From the NCBI GenBank assembly GCA_016197405.1, contig JACPVR010000006.1, forward strand, positions 96,525-160,524: DNA of 64,000 nt. The letters run 5' to 3'. A program made the position numbers and the translations under genes. This stretch comes from Mycobacterium sp. (GTDB lineage: Bacteria > Actinomycetota > Actinomycetes > Mycobacteriales > Mycobacteriaceae). The notes under the pieces are model-generated. The model did no database searches. It had not been told where the DNA came from and was given only the letters and a program-made list of their open reading frames with translations. The first letter of the stretch is position 1. Each line of letters opens with the position of its first letter. Positions 38,723-49,703 of the stretch are shown here, one piece after another.

Positions 38723-39841
38723 CTAGTCGTGCGCGATCAGGTTCCAGCCATCGACATCCTGCGGGCTGCGCGGGCCGGGTCCGACGTAGACCGCGGCTGG
38801 GCGCACCAGCTTGCCCAGTCGCTTCTGCTCCATGATGTGCGCGCACCAGCCCGCGGTTCGGCCGCAGGTGAACATCGCGGGCATCATCGTGGCGGGCACG
38901 CCGGCGAAGTCGAGGATGACCGCGGCCCAGAACTCCACGTTGGTCTCGATGGCGCGGTCGGGCCTGCGTTCCCGCAGTTCGGACAGCGCGGCTTGTTCCA
39001 GCGCGGCCGCGACCTCGTAGCGGGGGGCGCCCAGACGCTTGGCGGTCGCGCGCAACACCCGCGCCCGCGGGTCCTCGGCCCGGTAAACCCGGTGGCCGAA
39101 ACCCATCAGTTTCTCGTTGCGATCCAGCACACCCTTGACCACGGCGCGGGCGTCGCCTGAGCGTTCCACTTCTTCGATCATCGGCAGCACCCGCGCCGGC
39201 GCCCCGCCGTGCAACGGACCGCTCATCGCGCCGACCGCGCCCGACAACGCCGCCGCGGCATCGGCACCGGTGGAGGCGATGACCCGGGCAGTGAATGTCG
39301 AGGCGTTCATGCCGTGCTCGGCGGCCGACACCCAGTAGGCGTCGATCGCCTCGACGTGGCGCGGGTCTGGTTCGCCCTGCCATCGGGTCATGAAACGCGC
39401 TGTGATGGTTGAACATTCGTCTATCCGACGTTGCGGCACCGCGGGCTGGTAGATGCCTCGGGCCGACTGCGCGACATAGGACAGCGCCATCACCGACGCC
39501 CGGGCGAGCTGGTCGCGCGCGGTGCTGTCGTCGATATCGAGCAGCGGCTGGTAACCCCAGATGGGCGCCAGCATGGCCAGACCGGCCTGGACGTCGACGC
39601 GCACATCGCCGGTATGGATCGGCAACGGGAACGGCTCCGCCGGTGTGAGGCCCTGGCCGAAACTGCCGTCGACCAGAAGCGACCATACGTCGCCGAAGGT
39701 GACATGTTCGGTGACAAGATCCTCGATGTCGACGCCCCGATATCGCAGCGCACCGCCATCTTTGTCGGGTTCGGCGATCTCCGTCTCGAACGCCACCACC
39801 CCGGCCAAACCGGGGGCAAAATCATTCGGCACCGAAGTCAT
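38723..39841 (-). CDS. citA: citrate synthase II (CitA-type)
   Basis: It has the citrate synthase signature GFGHRVYRAEDPR and the SGPLHGGA loop. The protein is 372 aa. Confidence 0.9.
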   Translation of the reverse strand: MTSVPNDFAPGLAGVVAFETEIAEPDKDGGALRYRGVDIEDLVTEHVTFGDVWSLLVDGSFGQGLTPAEPFPLPIHTGDVRVDVQAGLAMLAPIWGYQPLLDIDDSTARDQLARASVMALSYVAQSARGIYQPAVPQRRIDECSTITARFMTRWQGEPDPRHVEAIDAYWVSAAEHGMNASTFTARVIASTGADAAAALSGAVGAMSGPLHGGAPARVLPMIEEVERSGDARAVVKGVLDRNEKLMGFGHRVYRAEDPRARVLRATAKRLGAPRYEVAAALEQAALSELRERRPDRAIETNVEFWAAVILDFAGVPATMMPAMFTCGRTAGWCAHIMEQKRLGKLVRPAAVYVGPGPRSPQDVDGWNLIAHD

Positions 39842-39924
39842 GACGCCGATTCTCGCACCCCGCTTACAGCCCGTTGCTACCTGTCGGTAGGACGTGACCG
39901 GCGGCCGGGCGTAGCGTTACCCGA

Positions 39925-40596
39925 ATGGCTGGATCGGACGTTGACCCGCTGGCGGGTATGCGCGTCGAGTATGGCTCGGTGGAGAAGGACGGCAGTGTCG
40001 ACCTCGACACCGATTGGCTGGGCCCGGATCCCGCGACCGGCTGGTTGACGCTGTTGCGCAGCTGGATTGGTGAGGCGCGCGCGGCCGGTGTCGCAGAGCC
40101 CAACGCCATGGTGCTCGCCACGGTCGCCGATGGAAGACCGGTGAGCCGGACGGTGTTGTGCAAAGGCGTGGACGAATCCGGGATCACCTTCTTCACCAAT
40201 TACGACTCCGCCAAGGGTGCTGAGCTGGCCAGTGCGCCGTACGCGTCGGCCACGTTCCCCTGGTATCAGCTGAGCAGGCAGGTACACCTGCGGGGACCGG
40301 TGAGCAAGGTCAGCCGGGACGTCACCGCCGAATACTGGGCGACGCGCCCGCGTGGATCGCAGCTGGGCGCCTGGGCGTCGCAGCAATCGCAGCCCATCGC
40401 GTCCCGCGAGGCACTTCTCGACCAGCTCGCCGAGGTGACCGAACGGTTCGCCGACCAGGACAGCGTTCCGGTGCCACCACACTGGGGTGGCTACCTGATC
40501 GCCCCTGAGGTCGTCGAGTTCTGGCAGGGCCGGGAGAACCGCGTACACAACCGGATCCGGGTGAGCGGCACGCGCGTCGAGCGCCTGCAGCCGTGA
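39925..40596 (+). CDS. pdxH: pyridoxamine 5'-phosphate oxidase
   Basis: [21 protein letters not shown]...[10 protein letters not shown]...[14 protein letters not shown] is the PdxH pattern. Confidence 0.9.
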   Translation: MAGSDVDPLAGMRVEYGSVEKDGSVDLDTDWLGPDPATGWLTLLRSWIGEARAAGVAEPNAMVLATVADGRPVSRTVLCKGVDESGITFFTNYDSAKGAELASAPYASATFPWYQLSRQVHLRGPVSKVSRDVTAEYWATRPRGSQLGAWASQQSQPIASREALLDQLAEVTERFADQDSVPVPPHWGGYLIAPEVVEFWQGRENRVHNRIRVSGTRVERLQP

Positions 40597-41879
40597 GGCG
40601 GTTCTTCGCCGACACCACACCGCTTCGTCAACCGGATTTCCGGCGGTTGTGGTGGGCTGAGATCCCGACTGTCATCGGTGGGAACCTGACGATCTTCGCC
40701 GTGCCGGTCCAGCTCTACATGTTGACGCAGAACTCGGCGTATGTCGGTCTGGCCGGCCTGTTCGCACTGGTCCCGCTGGTCGTGTTCGGCTTGTGGGGCG
40801 GCGCCCTGGCCGACGCGATGGACCGCCGGACGCTGCTGATCATCACCTCGTGTGGGCTCGGGGTTTCGGCGGTGCTGCTGTGGGCGCAGGCGGCTTTGCA
40901 GCTCGACAACGTCTGGGTCGTGCTGTGTCTGTTGGCGGTGCAGCAGGGCTTCTTCGCCGTGAACTCACCGACCCGGTCCGCGGCGATCCCGCGCATGCTG
41001 CCCGGCGATCAGCTGCCGGCCGCCAATTCACTGAACATGACGGTGTATCAGTTCGGCGCGATCATCGGGCCGCTGCTGGCGGGATTGTTGGTGAGCCTCG
41101 TCGACATTTCGACGCTGTATCTCATCGACGCCATCACGTGCCTGTTGCCGATCTGGGCGACGATCCGGCTGACCCCGATGCCTGCCACCGAATCGGCCGA
41201 TATCGAAGGGTCTTCGCGGTGGGGATTCGGCGCGGTCCTCGATGGATTCCGTTACCTGGCGGGCAACACCGTGGTGCTGATGTCGTTCGTCGTCGATCTC
41301 ATCGCGATGATCTTCGGGATGCCGCGGGCGTTGTTCCCGCAGATGGCGCATCAGAGTTTCGGTGGCCCGATCGACGGTGGTACGACGATGGCGCTGCTGG
41401 CCGCGGCCATGTCGGTCGGCGCGGTGGCCGGTGGGGTTTTCTCCGGTTGGCTGCCCCGGGTCCGCAGGCAGGGTCTCGCCGTGATGGGCGCGATCCTGAT
41501 CTGGGGTGCGGCAATGGTGGGATTCGGGGTGGCCAGCGGCTTCGCCGACGGGCACGCCGGGTGGTTCCTCTGGATCGCGCTGGCGTTCCTGGCAATCGGC
41601 GGTGCGGCCGATATGGTGTCGGCGGCCTTCCGTTCGACGATCTTGCAGCAGGCGGCATCCGATGATCTGCGGGGACGGTTACAGGGTGTGTTCACCGTCG
41701 TCGTCGCGGGTGGGCCGCGGGTGGCGGACACCTTGCACGGTGGAGCCGCGGCGGTCGTCGGCACGACGGCGGCGGCCGCGGGCGGTGGCGTTCTGGTGGT
41801 GGTCGGCTCGGTGATCGCGACATTGGCGGTACCCGCCTTCATCCGGTATCGGGTCACCACCGCTGACGGAGTCCGCTGA
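40593..41879 (+). CDS. MFS transporter
   Basis: It has 12 hydrophobic segments and an FRRLWWAE-type N-terminus. The GTG start overlaps the pdxH stop (GTGA). Confidence 0.8.
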   Translation: MRRFFADTTPLRQPDFRRLWWAEIPTVIGGNLTIFAVPVQLYMLTQNSAYVGLAGLFALVPLVVFGLWGGALADAMDRRTLLIITSCGLGVSAVLLWAQAALQLDNVWVVLCLLAVQQGFFAVNSPTRSAAIPRMLPGDQLPAANSLNMTVYQFGAIIGPLLAGLLVSLVDISTLYLIDAITCLLPIWATIRLTPMPATESADIEGSSRWGFGAVLDGFRYLAGNTVVLMSFVVDLIAMIFGMPRALFPQMAHQSFGGPIDGGTTMALLAAAMSVGAVAGGVFSGWLPRVRRQGLAVMGAILIWGAAMVGFGVASGFADGHAGWFLWIALAFLAIGGAADMVSAAFRSTILQQAASDDLRGRLQGVFTVVVAGGPRVADTLHGGAAAVVGTTAAAAGGGVLVVVGSVIATLAVPAFIRYRVTTADGVR

Positions 41880-41980
41880 CGACGTTCAAAGTTCGGATGC
41901 TGACATAAGTCGTCCGAGGTGAATTGTCGGTTTCGGGCAAACGCCGTCGATGGCGTAACCGGTGACTACTATGAACGCCT

Positions 41981-42619
41981 GTGGTGCACGTCGGGGTTGA
42001 TACCACGCCAGGTTTGCGGGAGCGCAAGAAGCTTCGCACGAGGGCGTCATTGATCGATGTAGCGGTCAAGCTCTGCCTTGAGCAGGGTTATGAGCGCACG
42101 ACGGTCGATCAGATCGCGGCCGAAGCCGATGTCTCGCCACGCACGTTCAGCCGCTACTTCGCGACCAAGGACGCCGTGTATATGGCGCTCATCGAGGATC
42201 TGGTGGAAGCCGCGGGCGCCGAGCTGCGGCGCATCCCGCCTGAGGTTCCGGTACTGCAGGCATTGCGTGACGCACATGTCGCGGTGCTGCGCCGGATCGA
42301 CTCCGACGGTGGTCACGACATCACCGATGCCCACGTCGCCCGGATGCTGAAGGTGATCAACTCCACACCCGAACTCAAGCGGGCCGCCGCCGAGCTGGAA
42401 CCGACCGCGATCGGCGACGCACTCGCCGAACGGCTCGGTATGCGGACCGACGATCGCCGGCTGCGCCTGGCCCGCGGCGTCTGGACGGCGATCATCGTCA
42501 CCGGTTGCGGCGACCTCGTCGCGCCCGAAAACGGTCGTGAGCTGGGCCCCGGGCTGATGGCGGACCGGATCATGGGCTCGTTCGCCGACTTCGCGGAGAT
42601 GACGGCGGCGCTGCGCTGA
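41981..42619 (+). CDS. TetR-family transcriptional regulator
   Basis: The HTH is RERKKLRTRASLIDVAVKLCLEQGYERTTVDQIAAEADVSPRTFSRYFATKD. Confidence 0.8.
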   Translation: MVHVGVDTTPGLRERKKLRTRASLIDVAVKLCLEQGYERTTVDQIAAEADVSPRTFSRYFATKDAVYMALIEDLVEAAGAELRRIPPEVPVLQALRDAHVAVLRRIDSDGGHDITDAHVARMLKVINSTPELKRAAAELEPTAIGDALAERLGMRTDDRRLRLARGVWTAIIVTGCGDLVAPENGRELGPGLMADRIMGSFADFAEMTAALR

Positions 42620-42894
42620 GCCGGCTACACACGTGCTGTGCCAGATCGGATGCCGGTCGCATGGTGGCGGCGTGACCGTGGCACCGCGAGAGCCGTTGTC
42701 GGCGAGCCGATATTCTGTGGGCGCGCCTGACGTCGACGTTTGGTGTCTTGCCCGCACCTGGTCGCCGTGGATTGCCGACCTGCCGGTGCAACGTTCGGTG
42801 AACGGGTAACCCCCCGCAGGCGCGCTGTAGTGATAGCGACTACCTTCCTGTAGTACAACCAGCGTGGCGCTGCCGCGACGTAGAAGGGGTTCCT

Positions 42895-44193
<1,299 letters not shown>

Positions 44194-44194
44194 C

Positions 44195-44216
44195 CGCCCA
44201 AACGCACGTTTGGGCG
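44195..44216 (+). terminator. hairpin immediately after gltA
   Basis: CGCCCAAACG-ca-CGTTTGGGCG starts 2 nt after the stop. The arms match those of the hairpin at 10786. Confidence 0.55.
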
Positions 44217-44275
44217 CATTCGTTCGAGTGACGTTCGCCATTTCGTCGATCTCGGCCGGTTTTTGCTTGCCAAAG

Positions 44276-44318
44276 CAATAGTTGTAGTTTAACAATAGTT
44301 GTGTGAATGAAACTATTG
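44276..44318. promoter_or_regulatory. candidate MarR operator overlapping the MFS gene start
   Basis: CAATAGTTG occurs at 44276 and 44293 (17-bp spacing). The inverted partner AACTATTG lies at 44311, in the most AT-rich stretch of this part of the window. The GTG 44303 start sits between the arms. Confidence 0.45.
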
Positions 44319-45772
44319 GTGGGTTGACGCCGCGTCGCAAGATGATCGTTCTGGCGTCGTGCTGCCTGAGCCTGCTGATCGTCTCGATGGACATGACGAT
44401 CGTCAATGTGGCGATCCCGTCCATCCAGACGGCATTCGACGCGTCGCCGGCGCACCTGCAGTGGGTGATCGACATCTACACGCTGGTGCTGGCCTCGCTG
44501 CTGCTGCTGGCCGGCGCGGCAGGTGATCGCTGGGGCCGACGGCGGGTGTTCCAATCGGGCCTGGTGATCTTCGCGTTCGGCTCGCTGCTGTGCAGCCTGG
44601 CACCCAGTGTCGACATGCTGATCGCGGCCCGGCTCATCCAGGCCGTCGGCGGCTCGATGCTCAACCCGGTGGCGATGTCGATCATCACCCAGGTCTTCAC
44701 CGGCCGCGTCGAACGCGCACGGGCCATCGGTGTGTGGGGTGCGGTGGTCGGAATCGCGATGGCGCTGGGCCCGATCGTCGGCGGCGCACTCATCCAGTAC
44801 GGCAACTGGCGCTCGGTGTTCTGGATCAACCTGCCGATCTGCCTGCTGGCGATCGTGCTGACCGCGGTCTTCGTCCCGGAAAGCAAGGCGGCGGTCCGGC
44901 GCGGTATCGACCCGGTGGGCCAACTGCTCGGTATGGCAACGCTTTTCGGCATCGTCTATGTGCTCATCGAAGCGCCGTCCAAGGGCTGGGCCGATCCGGT
45001 GACCATGCTGGTGTTGGTCATCGCGCTGTTCGCCTTCGGTGCATTCCTGTGGTGGGAGTCGCGACACCGCAGCCCATTCATCGACCTGCGTTTCTTCCGC
45101 AGCATCCCGTTCTCGTCGGCGACGTTCATCGCGGTCTGCGCGTTCGCCGCCTACGGTGCATTCCTGTTCATGATGTCGCTGTATCTGCAGGGATATCGCG
45201 GTTATTCGGCATTGCATACCGGCTTGCTCTACCTGCCGCTGGCAGTGGGTGCGCTGATCTTCTCACCGCTTTCGGGTCGGCTGGTCGGCCGCTACGGCGG
45301 TCGGCCCTCGCTGGTGGCCGCGGGTGTGCTGATGACGGTCGCCACGGTGCTGATGTCGTTCATGACCGGTACGACGCCGGTATGGCAGCTCATCGTCATC
45401 TTCGCGGTGTTCGGTATCGGCTTCTCCATGGTCAACGCCCCGATCACCACCGCAGCTGTCAGTGGGATGCCGATGGACCGGGCCGGGGCTGCCTCCGGGG
45501 TGGCCTCGACCAGCAGGCAGGTGGGGGTGAGTCTCGGTGTGGCGCTGTGCGGTTCGATCGCGGGCGCCGCGATCGCGGCACCGGCCGCGGATTTCAGTAC
45601 ACAGGCCAGACCGCTGTGGTTGGTGTGCGCCGCACTGGGCGTGGTGGTGACTGCCCTCGGCGTGTACTCTACGTCGGCGCGTGCCACCGCCTCGGCTGAC
45701 CGGCTGGCACCGCTGATCGCCGGGTCAGGCCTCGGAACAGGGGATTTACGTGCCGCACAACCAGCTCGCTGA
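44303..45772 (+). CDS. MFS drug:H+ antiporter, DHA2 (14-TM, EmrB/QacA-like)
   Basis: It has about 14 hydrophobic segments, the N-terminus LLIVSMDMTIVNVAIPSI and motif LLLLAGAAGDRWGRRRVF. The 3' end overlaps the MarR gene by 23 nt. Confidence 0.85.
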   Translation: MNETIGGLTPRRKMIVLASCCLSLLIVSMDMTIVNVAIPSIQTAFDASPAHLQWVIDIYTLVLASLLLLAGAAGDRWGRRRVFQSGLVIFAFGSLLCSLAPSVDMLIAARLIQAVGGSMLNPVAMSIITQVFTGRVERARAIGVWGAVVGIAMALGPIVGGALIQYGNWRSVFWINLPICLLAIVLTAVFVPESKAAVRRGIDPVGQLLGMATLFGIVYVLIEAPSKGWADPVTMLVLVIALFAFGAFLWWESRHRSPFIDLRFFRSIPFSSATFIAVCAFAAYGAFLFMMSLYLQGYRGYSALHTGLLYLPLAVGALIFSPLSGRLVGRYGGRPSLVAAGVLMTVATVLMSFMTGTTPVWQLIVIFAVFGIGFSMVNAPITTAAVSGMPMDRAGAASGVASTSRQVGVSLGVALCGSIAGAAIAAPAADFSTQARPLWLVCAALGVVVTALGVYSTSARATASADRLAPLIAGSGLGTGDLRAAQPAR

Positions 45773-46169
45773 CGGCGTCTGGCGGGATCTGTCCCGTCTG
45801 GTGCTGGACAGCAAGGACGGCTGGCGCCGAGCTGTCGTGGACCAGACCGGATTGCCGTTCAGCCGGATTCGTATCCTCAAACGTCTTGGACGCCAACCGC
45901 TCACCATGAAACAGGTCGCGGACGCGGCGACCATGGATGCCCCTGCGGCGACCGTCGCCATCAACGACCTCGAACAGCGTGCCCTGGTGGTGCGTGAGAT
46001 CGACCCGGCGAACCGCCGATCCAAGGTCGTCTCACTCACCGATGCCGGACGCGCGGTGCTCGCGGAGATCGAAGCCGTCGACGATCCAGCTCCTGCCGCG
46101 CTGACCACCCTGAGCGATGCCGATCTGGAAGTGCTGCGCGCGATACTGGACCGGATGAATCACGGCTGA
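45750..46169 (+). CDS. MarR-family transcriptional regulator
   Basis: The winged HTH is FSRIRILKRLGRQPLTMKQVADAATMDAPAATVAINDLEQRALVVREIDPANRRSKVVSLTDAG. Confidence 0.8.
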   Translation: MPHNQLADGVWRDLSRLVLDSKDGWRRAVVDQTGLPFSRIRILKRLGRQPLTMKQVADAATMDAPAATVAINDLEQRALVVREIDPANRRSKVVSLTDAGRAVLAEIEAVDDPAPAALTTLSDADLEVLRAILDRMNHG

Positions 46170-46176
46170 CCTGCCT

Positions 46177-47745
46177 TCAGCGAGAGGCCAGCACCGCCAT
46201 CGCGGCATTGTGTCCGCCGATACCCGATACCGCGCCACCACGTCGAGAACCCGAACCGCACAACAGGATTCGCGGATGCGCGGTGTCCACACCCCATTGC
46301 CGTGCCGGGGTGTCGAGCGGGGCGTCGTCGTCGGCGAAAGGCCAATCGAGGGCCCCGTGAAAGATGTTGCCGCCCGTCATCGCCAACGTGTCTTCGAGAT
46401 CCTGGGTCGTCTTGGCCTCGATGCACGGCTCGCCATTGCCGTCGAGCAACACCAGATCCTGAACAGGTTCGGCGAGAACGGAGTTCAGGGAGGACAGTAC
46501 CGAGTCACACAGCGCCGAGCGCATCGCATCCGGGTCCTTTCCAGCCAACAGCGAATGCGGTGTGTGCAGACCGAAAACAGTGAGCGTCTGGGCACCGGAT
46601 TCACGCAGAGCCGGCGACAGGATGCTGGGGTCGGTCAGTGAATGGCAGTAGATCTCACACGGCAACGGATCGGGGATCGTGCCCTCGGCGGCCTGTATAT
46701 ATGCGTTCTCCAGCTGGCTGAACGTCTCGTTGATGTGAAACGTCCCGCCGAATGCCTGCTCGGGGCTGACGGTCTCGTCGAGCAACCTCGGCAGCCGCCG
46801 CAACATCAGGTTGACCTTGGTCTGCGCGCCCGGCGCCAGCGCCGGAGCTTGCTCCCCGAGCAGGCCCGCCAACACCACTGGTGTCACATTGGCCAGCACG
46901 AACTGCGCCCGCACGGTGCGCGCCTCATCGCCGATCCGATAACTGACCTCACCATCGGGTGTGACGGCGGATACCTGCGCGGAGGTGATGATCTCGGCGC
47001 CATGGCGGCGCGCCGCGGCAGCCAGTGCTGCCGTCACCGCCCCCATACCGCCGACGGGGACGTCCCAGTCTCCGGTTCCGCCGCCGAGCAGGTGGTAGAG
47101 CAAGCAGATGTTCTGGCGCAGTGAGGGTTCGTCGGTGCGAGCGAATGTGCCGATCAGGGCGTCGGTGGCCAGTACCCCGCGCACCAGGTCGTTGCGGGTA
47201 GCGTCCGTGATCGCCTCGCCGATGGGCCGTTCGAATACCGCGTCCCAGGTGCCGGCCGCATCGCCGTCGCCGCCGGCGAGCACCCGGGCGCGCGCCTCGC
47301 TCCGGCTGACCAGAGGTTCGAGCAACGTCGGCCATAGAGCCGTGGTGACCACACTCATCCGCCGGTAGAAATCACCGAACCCGGCCTCGTCGGCCGCGGC
47401 ACCGATAGCGCCGAAAGTGCTCTGTGGCCCCACCAGCAAGCCGGTGCGGCCTTGCGTCGACGGATCCGGCGTGTACGACGAATAGCGCCGCCGCGCGAGC
47501 TGCACCGTTGCATCCAGATCGGCGATGATGCGGCTGGGCAGCAAGCTGACCAGGTAGGAGTATCGCGACAGCCGGGCGTCGACACCGGGGAAGGCCTGCG
47601 CTGAGACCGCCGCACCGCCGACGTGGTCCTGGCGTTCCAGCACCCGCACCCGCAACCCGGCGCGGGCCAGGTAGCCCGCGGCGACCAGCCCGTTGTGGCC
47701 GCCGCCGACTACCGCGACGTCGACACTGTCGACGGCCCGTGTCAT
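46177..47745 (-). CDS. phytoene-desaturase-family NAD(P)/FAD-dependent oxidoreductase (Rv0897c-like)
   Basis: The start is set at ATG 47745. It has VDVAVVGGGHNGLVAAGYLARAGLRVRVLERQDHVGGA, and the C-terminal half is CrtI-like. Confidence 0.85.
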   Translation of the reverse strand: MTRAVDSVDVAVVGGGHNGLVAAGYLARAGLRVRVLERQDHVGGAAVSAQAFPGVDARLSRYSYLVSLLPSRIIADLDATVQLARRRYSSYTPDPSTQGRTGLLVGPQSTFGAIGAAADEAGFGDFYRRMSVVTTALWPTLLEPLVSRSEARARVLAGGDGDAAGTWDAVFERPIGEAITDATRNDLVRGVLATDALIGTFARTDEPSLRQNICLLYHLLGGGTGDWDVPVGGMGAVTAALAAAARRHGAEIITSAQVSAVTPDGEVSYRIGDEARTVRAQFVLANVTPVVLAGLLGEQAPALAPGAQTKVNLMLRRLPRLLDETVSPEQAFGGTFHINETFSQLENAYIQAAEGTIPDPLPCEIYCHSLTDPSILSPALRESGAQTLTVFGLHTPHSLLAGKDPDAMRSALCDSVLSSLNSVLAEPVQDLVLLDGNGEPCIEAKTTQDLEDTLAMTGGNIFHGALDWPFADDDAPLDTPARQWGVDTAHPRILLCGSGSRRGGAVSGIGGHNAAMAVLASR

Positions 47746-47749
47746 CGGC

Positions 47750-47998
47750 TCAACCGAGGTATCCCTCGACCTGGTCGGCGGGGCGGACCTCGGCCGCGCG
47801 TGGATCGCCACCGGTCTCGCGCAGTGCACGGCGCTGCCGCAGCAGATCCCAGCACTGGTCCAGCTCGGTTTCGATGGCGCGCAACCGTGCATGCTGTTCG
47901 GTTTCGTCGATCTCGTGGTGTTGCAGTTTGGCCCGGAGGTCTTTCTCCTGGGCGACGAGGGTGTGGATCCGGGTCAAGGTCTCGCTGTCTTCTGGCAC
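47750..47998 (-). CDS. small conserved coiled-coil protein (DUF2630, Rv0898c-like)
   Basis: An 82-aa protein, ILTRIHTLVAQEKDLRAKL...LDQCWDLLRQRRA. It has a GTG start after GGAGAG, and its stop lies 4 nt before the oxidoreductase start. Confidence 0.7.
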   Translation of the reverse strand: MPEDSETLTRIHTLVAQEKDLRAKLQHHEIDETEQHARLRAIETELDQCWDLLRQRRALRETGGDPRAAEVRPADQVEGYLG

Positions 47999-48039
47999 CT
48001 CTCCAGTGTGCCCGACCGCGCGGCGCGGGACAGCGGATT

Positions 48040-48200
48040 GTCTCGCTCCTTACCGCCTCGTTCCTCGGCGGTTTCGTCGACTCGGCGGGATGGAACTGTC
48101 TCGCTCCTTACCGCCTCGTTCCTCGGCGGTTTCGTCGACTCGGCGGGAGTCGATTGTTTCGCTCCTTACCGCCTCGTTCCTCGGCGGTTTCGTCGACTCG
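48040..48200. repeat. tandem repeat, 2.8 copies x 58 bp (MIRU-like VNTR)
   Basis: GTCTCGCTCCTTACCGCCTCGTTCCTCGGCGGTTTCGTCGACTCGGCGGGA occurs at 48040 and 48098, and as the GTTTCGCTCC variant at 48156. It lies in the divergent spacer between DUF2630 (-) and FKBP (+). Confidence 0.9.
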
Positions 48201-48215
48201 ACTAATGTCACCGGT

Positions 48216-48578
48216 ATGACGACGAAACCTGAAATCGAATTTCCCGACGGTCCGGCTCCCACCGAATTGGTGATCGAAGATCTCATTGTCGGAGAAGGCG
48301 AAGAGGCCCGCCCGGGTGGAAATGTCGAGGTGCATTACCTCGGCGTGGAATATGACACGGGTGAAGAGTTCGACAGCTCGTGGAATCGTGGCGAGACCAT
48401 CGAATTCCCGCTGCGCGGACTGATCCAGGGCTGGCAGGACGGCATTCCCGGCATGAAGGTCGGCGGCCGCCGCAAACTGACGATTCCGCCCGCGCAGGCA
48501 TATGGCCCCGCCGGCTCAGGCCACCGGTTGTCCGGTAAAACCCTGATCTTCGTCATCGACCTGATCGGAACGCGCTAG
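48216..48578 (+). CDS. FKBP-type peptidyl-prolyl cis-trans isomerase
   Basis: VHYLGVEYDTGEEFDSSWNRGETIEFPLRGLIQGWQDGIPGMKVGGRRKLTIPPAQAYG. The start is set at ATG 48216. The part of track ORF 47739..48578 upstream of this is read-through of the repeat array. Confidence 0.85.
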   Translation: MTTKPEIEFPDGPAPTELVIEDLIVGEGEEARPGGNVEVHYLGVEYDTGEEFDSSWNRGETIEFPLRGLIQGWQDGIPGMKVGGRRKLTIPPAQAYGPAGSGHRLSGKTLIFVIDLIGTR

Positions 48579-48688
48579 CCGCCCGGCAATTTGGTGTTTC
48601 TATTTGGCAGTTCAAGCCCGATGGAGGTGTTCTAGGCTCCGTTCGAGAGCAGGGGGCGACCGAAGTTCCGGTCGGCGGAGGAGGGGTC

Positions 48689-49693
48689 ATGTCGGATCCG
48701 GACGAGTCTCGGACGATCACGGGATGGCAGAAGACAACCAGGTATTACCGGCGCAAGCCGGGCCCGGGTTGGCTGTTGGCGCTCATCGTGGTCCCTGTGC
48801 TGCTGGCGCTTCTGCAATGGGGTGTGCTCGACACGTCGCGCGGTGACACCGCTGCCGCGCCGTCCACCACTGCCGTCTCGTCAACGGCAGCGCCGGCTCT
48901 ATCTGCCGAAGACACGGCGCCGGCCGTCGACCTCGCCCCGTTGTCGATCCTGCGAAGCGGCAACGATATCGCGGTCACCGGTGAGGTTCCCGATCTGGCC
49001 GCCAAGACATCGTTGTTGGACGGTTTGGCAACGGTTTTCGGTCCTCCGGTCAATCTGATCGACAATCTCACGATCCATACCGGCGTTCGCACTGTCGACT
49101 TCGGCGGTGTCGCTGCCGCTTTCGCGCCGACGGCGGGAATCGTGGACTTCGGCTGGAATCTCGCCGGCAATACCGTGACACTGACCGGTAGTGCGCCGTC
49201 GGACGCGGTGAAAGCCGACACCGAGAAAGCCGCCCGCGCCGCGTGGCCGGACCTGTTGTTCGACAACGAGATTCGAGTCGTTCCCGGGGTCGCTCCGCCT
49301 CCGGTCGCGGCGGCCCCAGCTCCGGCAGGCGGTTGCCCCGCGCTGCAAGGGGATATCACCGCGCTGCTGCAGACGCCGATCAGTTTCGACACCGCCGGTT
49401 TCACCCTCACCGCAGGGTCCGAACAGCTGCTCACCGGGGTGGCGGACAAGATCAAGGCGTGCCCCGAGGCGAAGATCGCGGTGAGCGGTTACACCGACAA
49501 TTCCGGCAGCGATGCGATCAACCTGCCGTTATCCCAGAATCGGGCGAAAGCCGTTGCGGGTTTTCTGGTTTCGCAGGGCATACCGGCAGGAAACGTCACC
49601 TCCCAAGGTTTCGGTTCCGCCAATCCGGTGGCCGGTAATGACACGCCGGAGGGTCGCATCAAGAACCGTCGTGTCGAGATAACGGTCAGTTGA
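48689..49693 (+). CDS. arfA: OmpA-family peptidoglycan-binding membrane protein ArfA (OmpATb-like)
   Basis: It has an N-terminal TM anchor (GWLLALIVVPVLLALL). The C-terminal OmpA-like domain is IAVSGYTDNSGSDAINLPLSQNRAKAV...NRRVEITV. Confidence 0.85.
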   Translation: MSDPDESRTITGWQKTTRYYRRKPGPGWLLALIVVPVLLALLQWGVLDTSRGDTAAAPSTTAVSSTAAPALSAEDTAPAVDLAPLSILRSGNDIAVTGEVPDLAAKTSLLDGLATVFGPPVNLIDNLTIHTGVRTVDFGGVAAAFAPTAGIVDFGWNLAGNTVTLTGSAPSDAVKADTEKAARAAWPDLLFDNEIRVVPGVAPPPVAAAPAPAGGCPALQGDITALLQTPISFDTAGFTLTAGSEQLLTGVADKIKACPEAKIAVSGYTDNSGSDAINLPLSQNRAKAVAGFLVSQGIPAGNVTSQGFGSANPVAGNDTPEGRIKNRRVEITVS

Positions 49694-49703
49694 GGAGTTC
49701 GAC

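Noticed and set aside
38721-39686. Upstream 322 codons of track ORF 38103..39686
   Set aside because: This part overlaps citA out of frame. Only the last 205 codons (from ATG 38720) look like a real DinB-fold protein.
48040-48200. Possible CRISPR array
   Set aside because: The units are directly adjacent with no unique spacers, there are only 2.8 copies, and no cas genes lie in the window. It is a tandem (VNTR-type) repeat.
47623-48335. Five ORFs on both strands crossing the 58-bp repeat array, including the long N-terminal extension of the FKBP ORF
   Set aside because: Their sequences are just the repeat unit translated (…LAPYRLVPRRFRRLG… repeated). FKBP homology begins only at ATG 48216.
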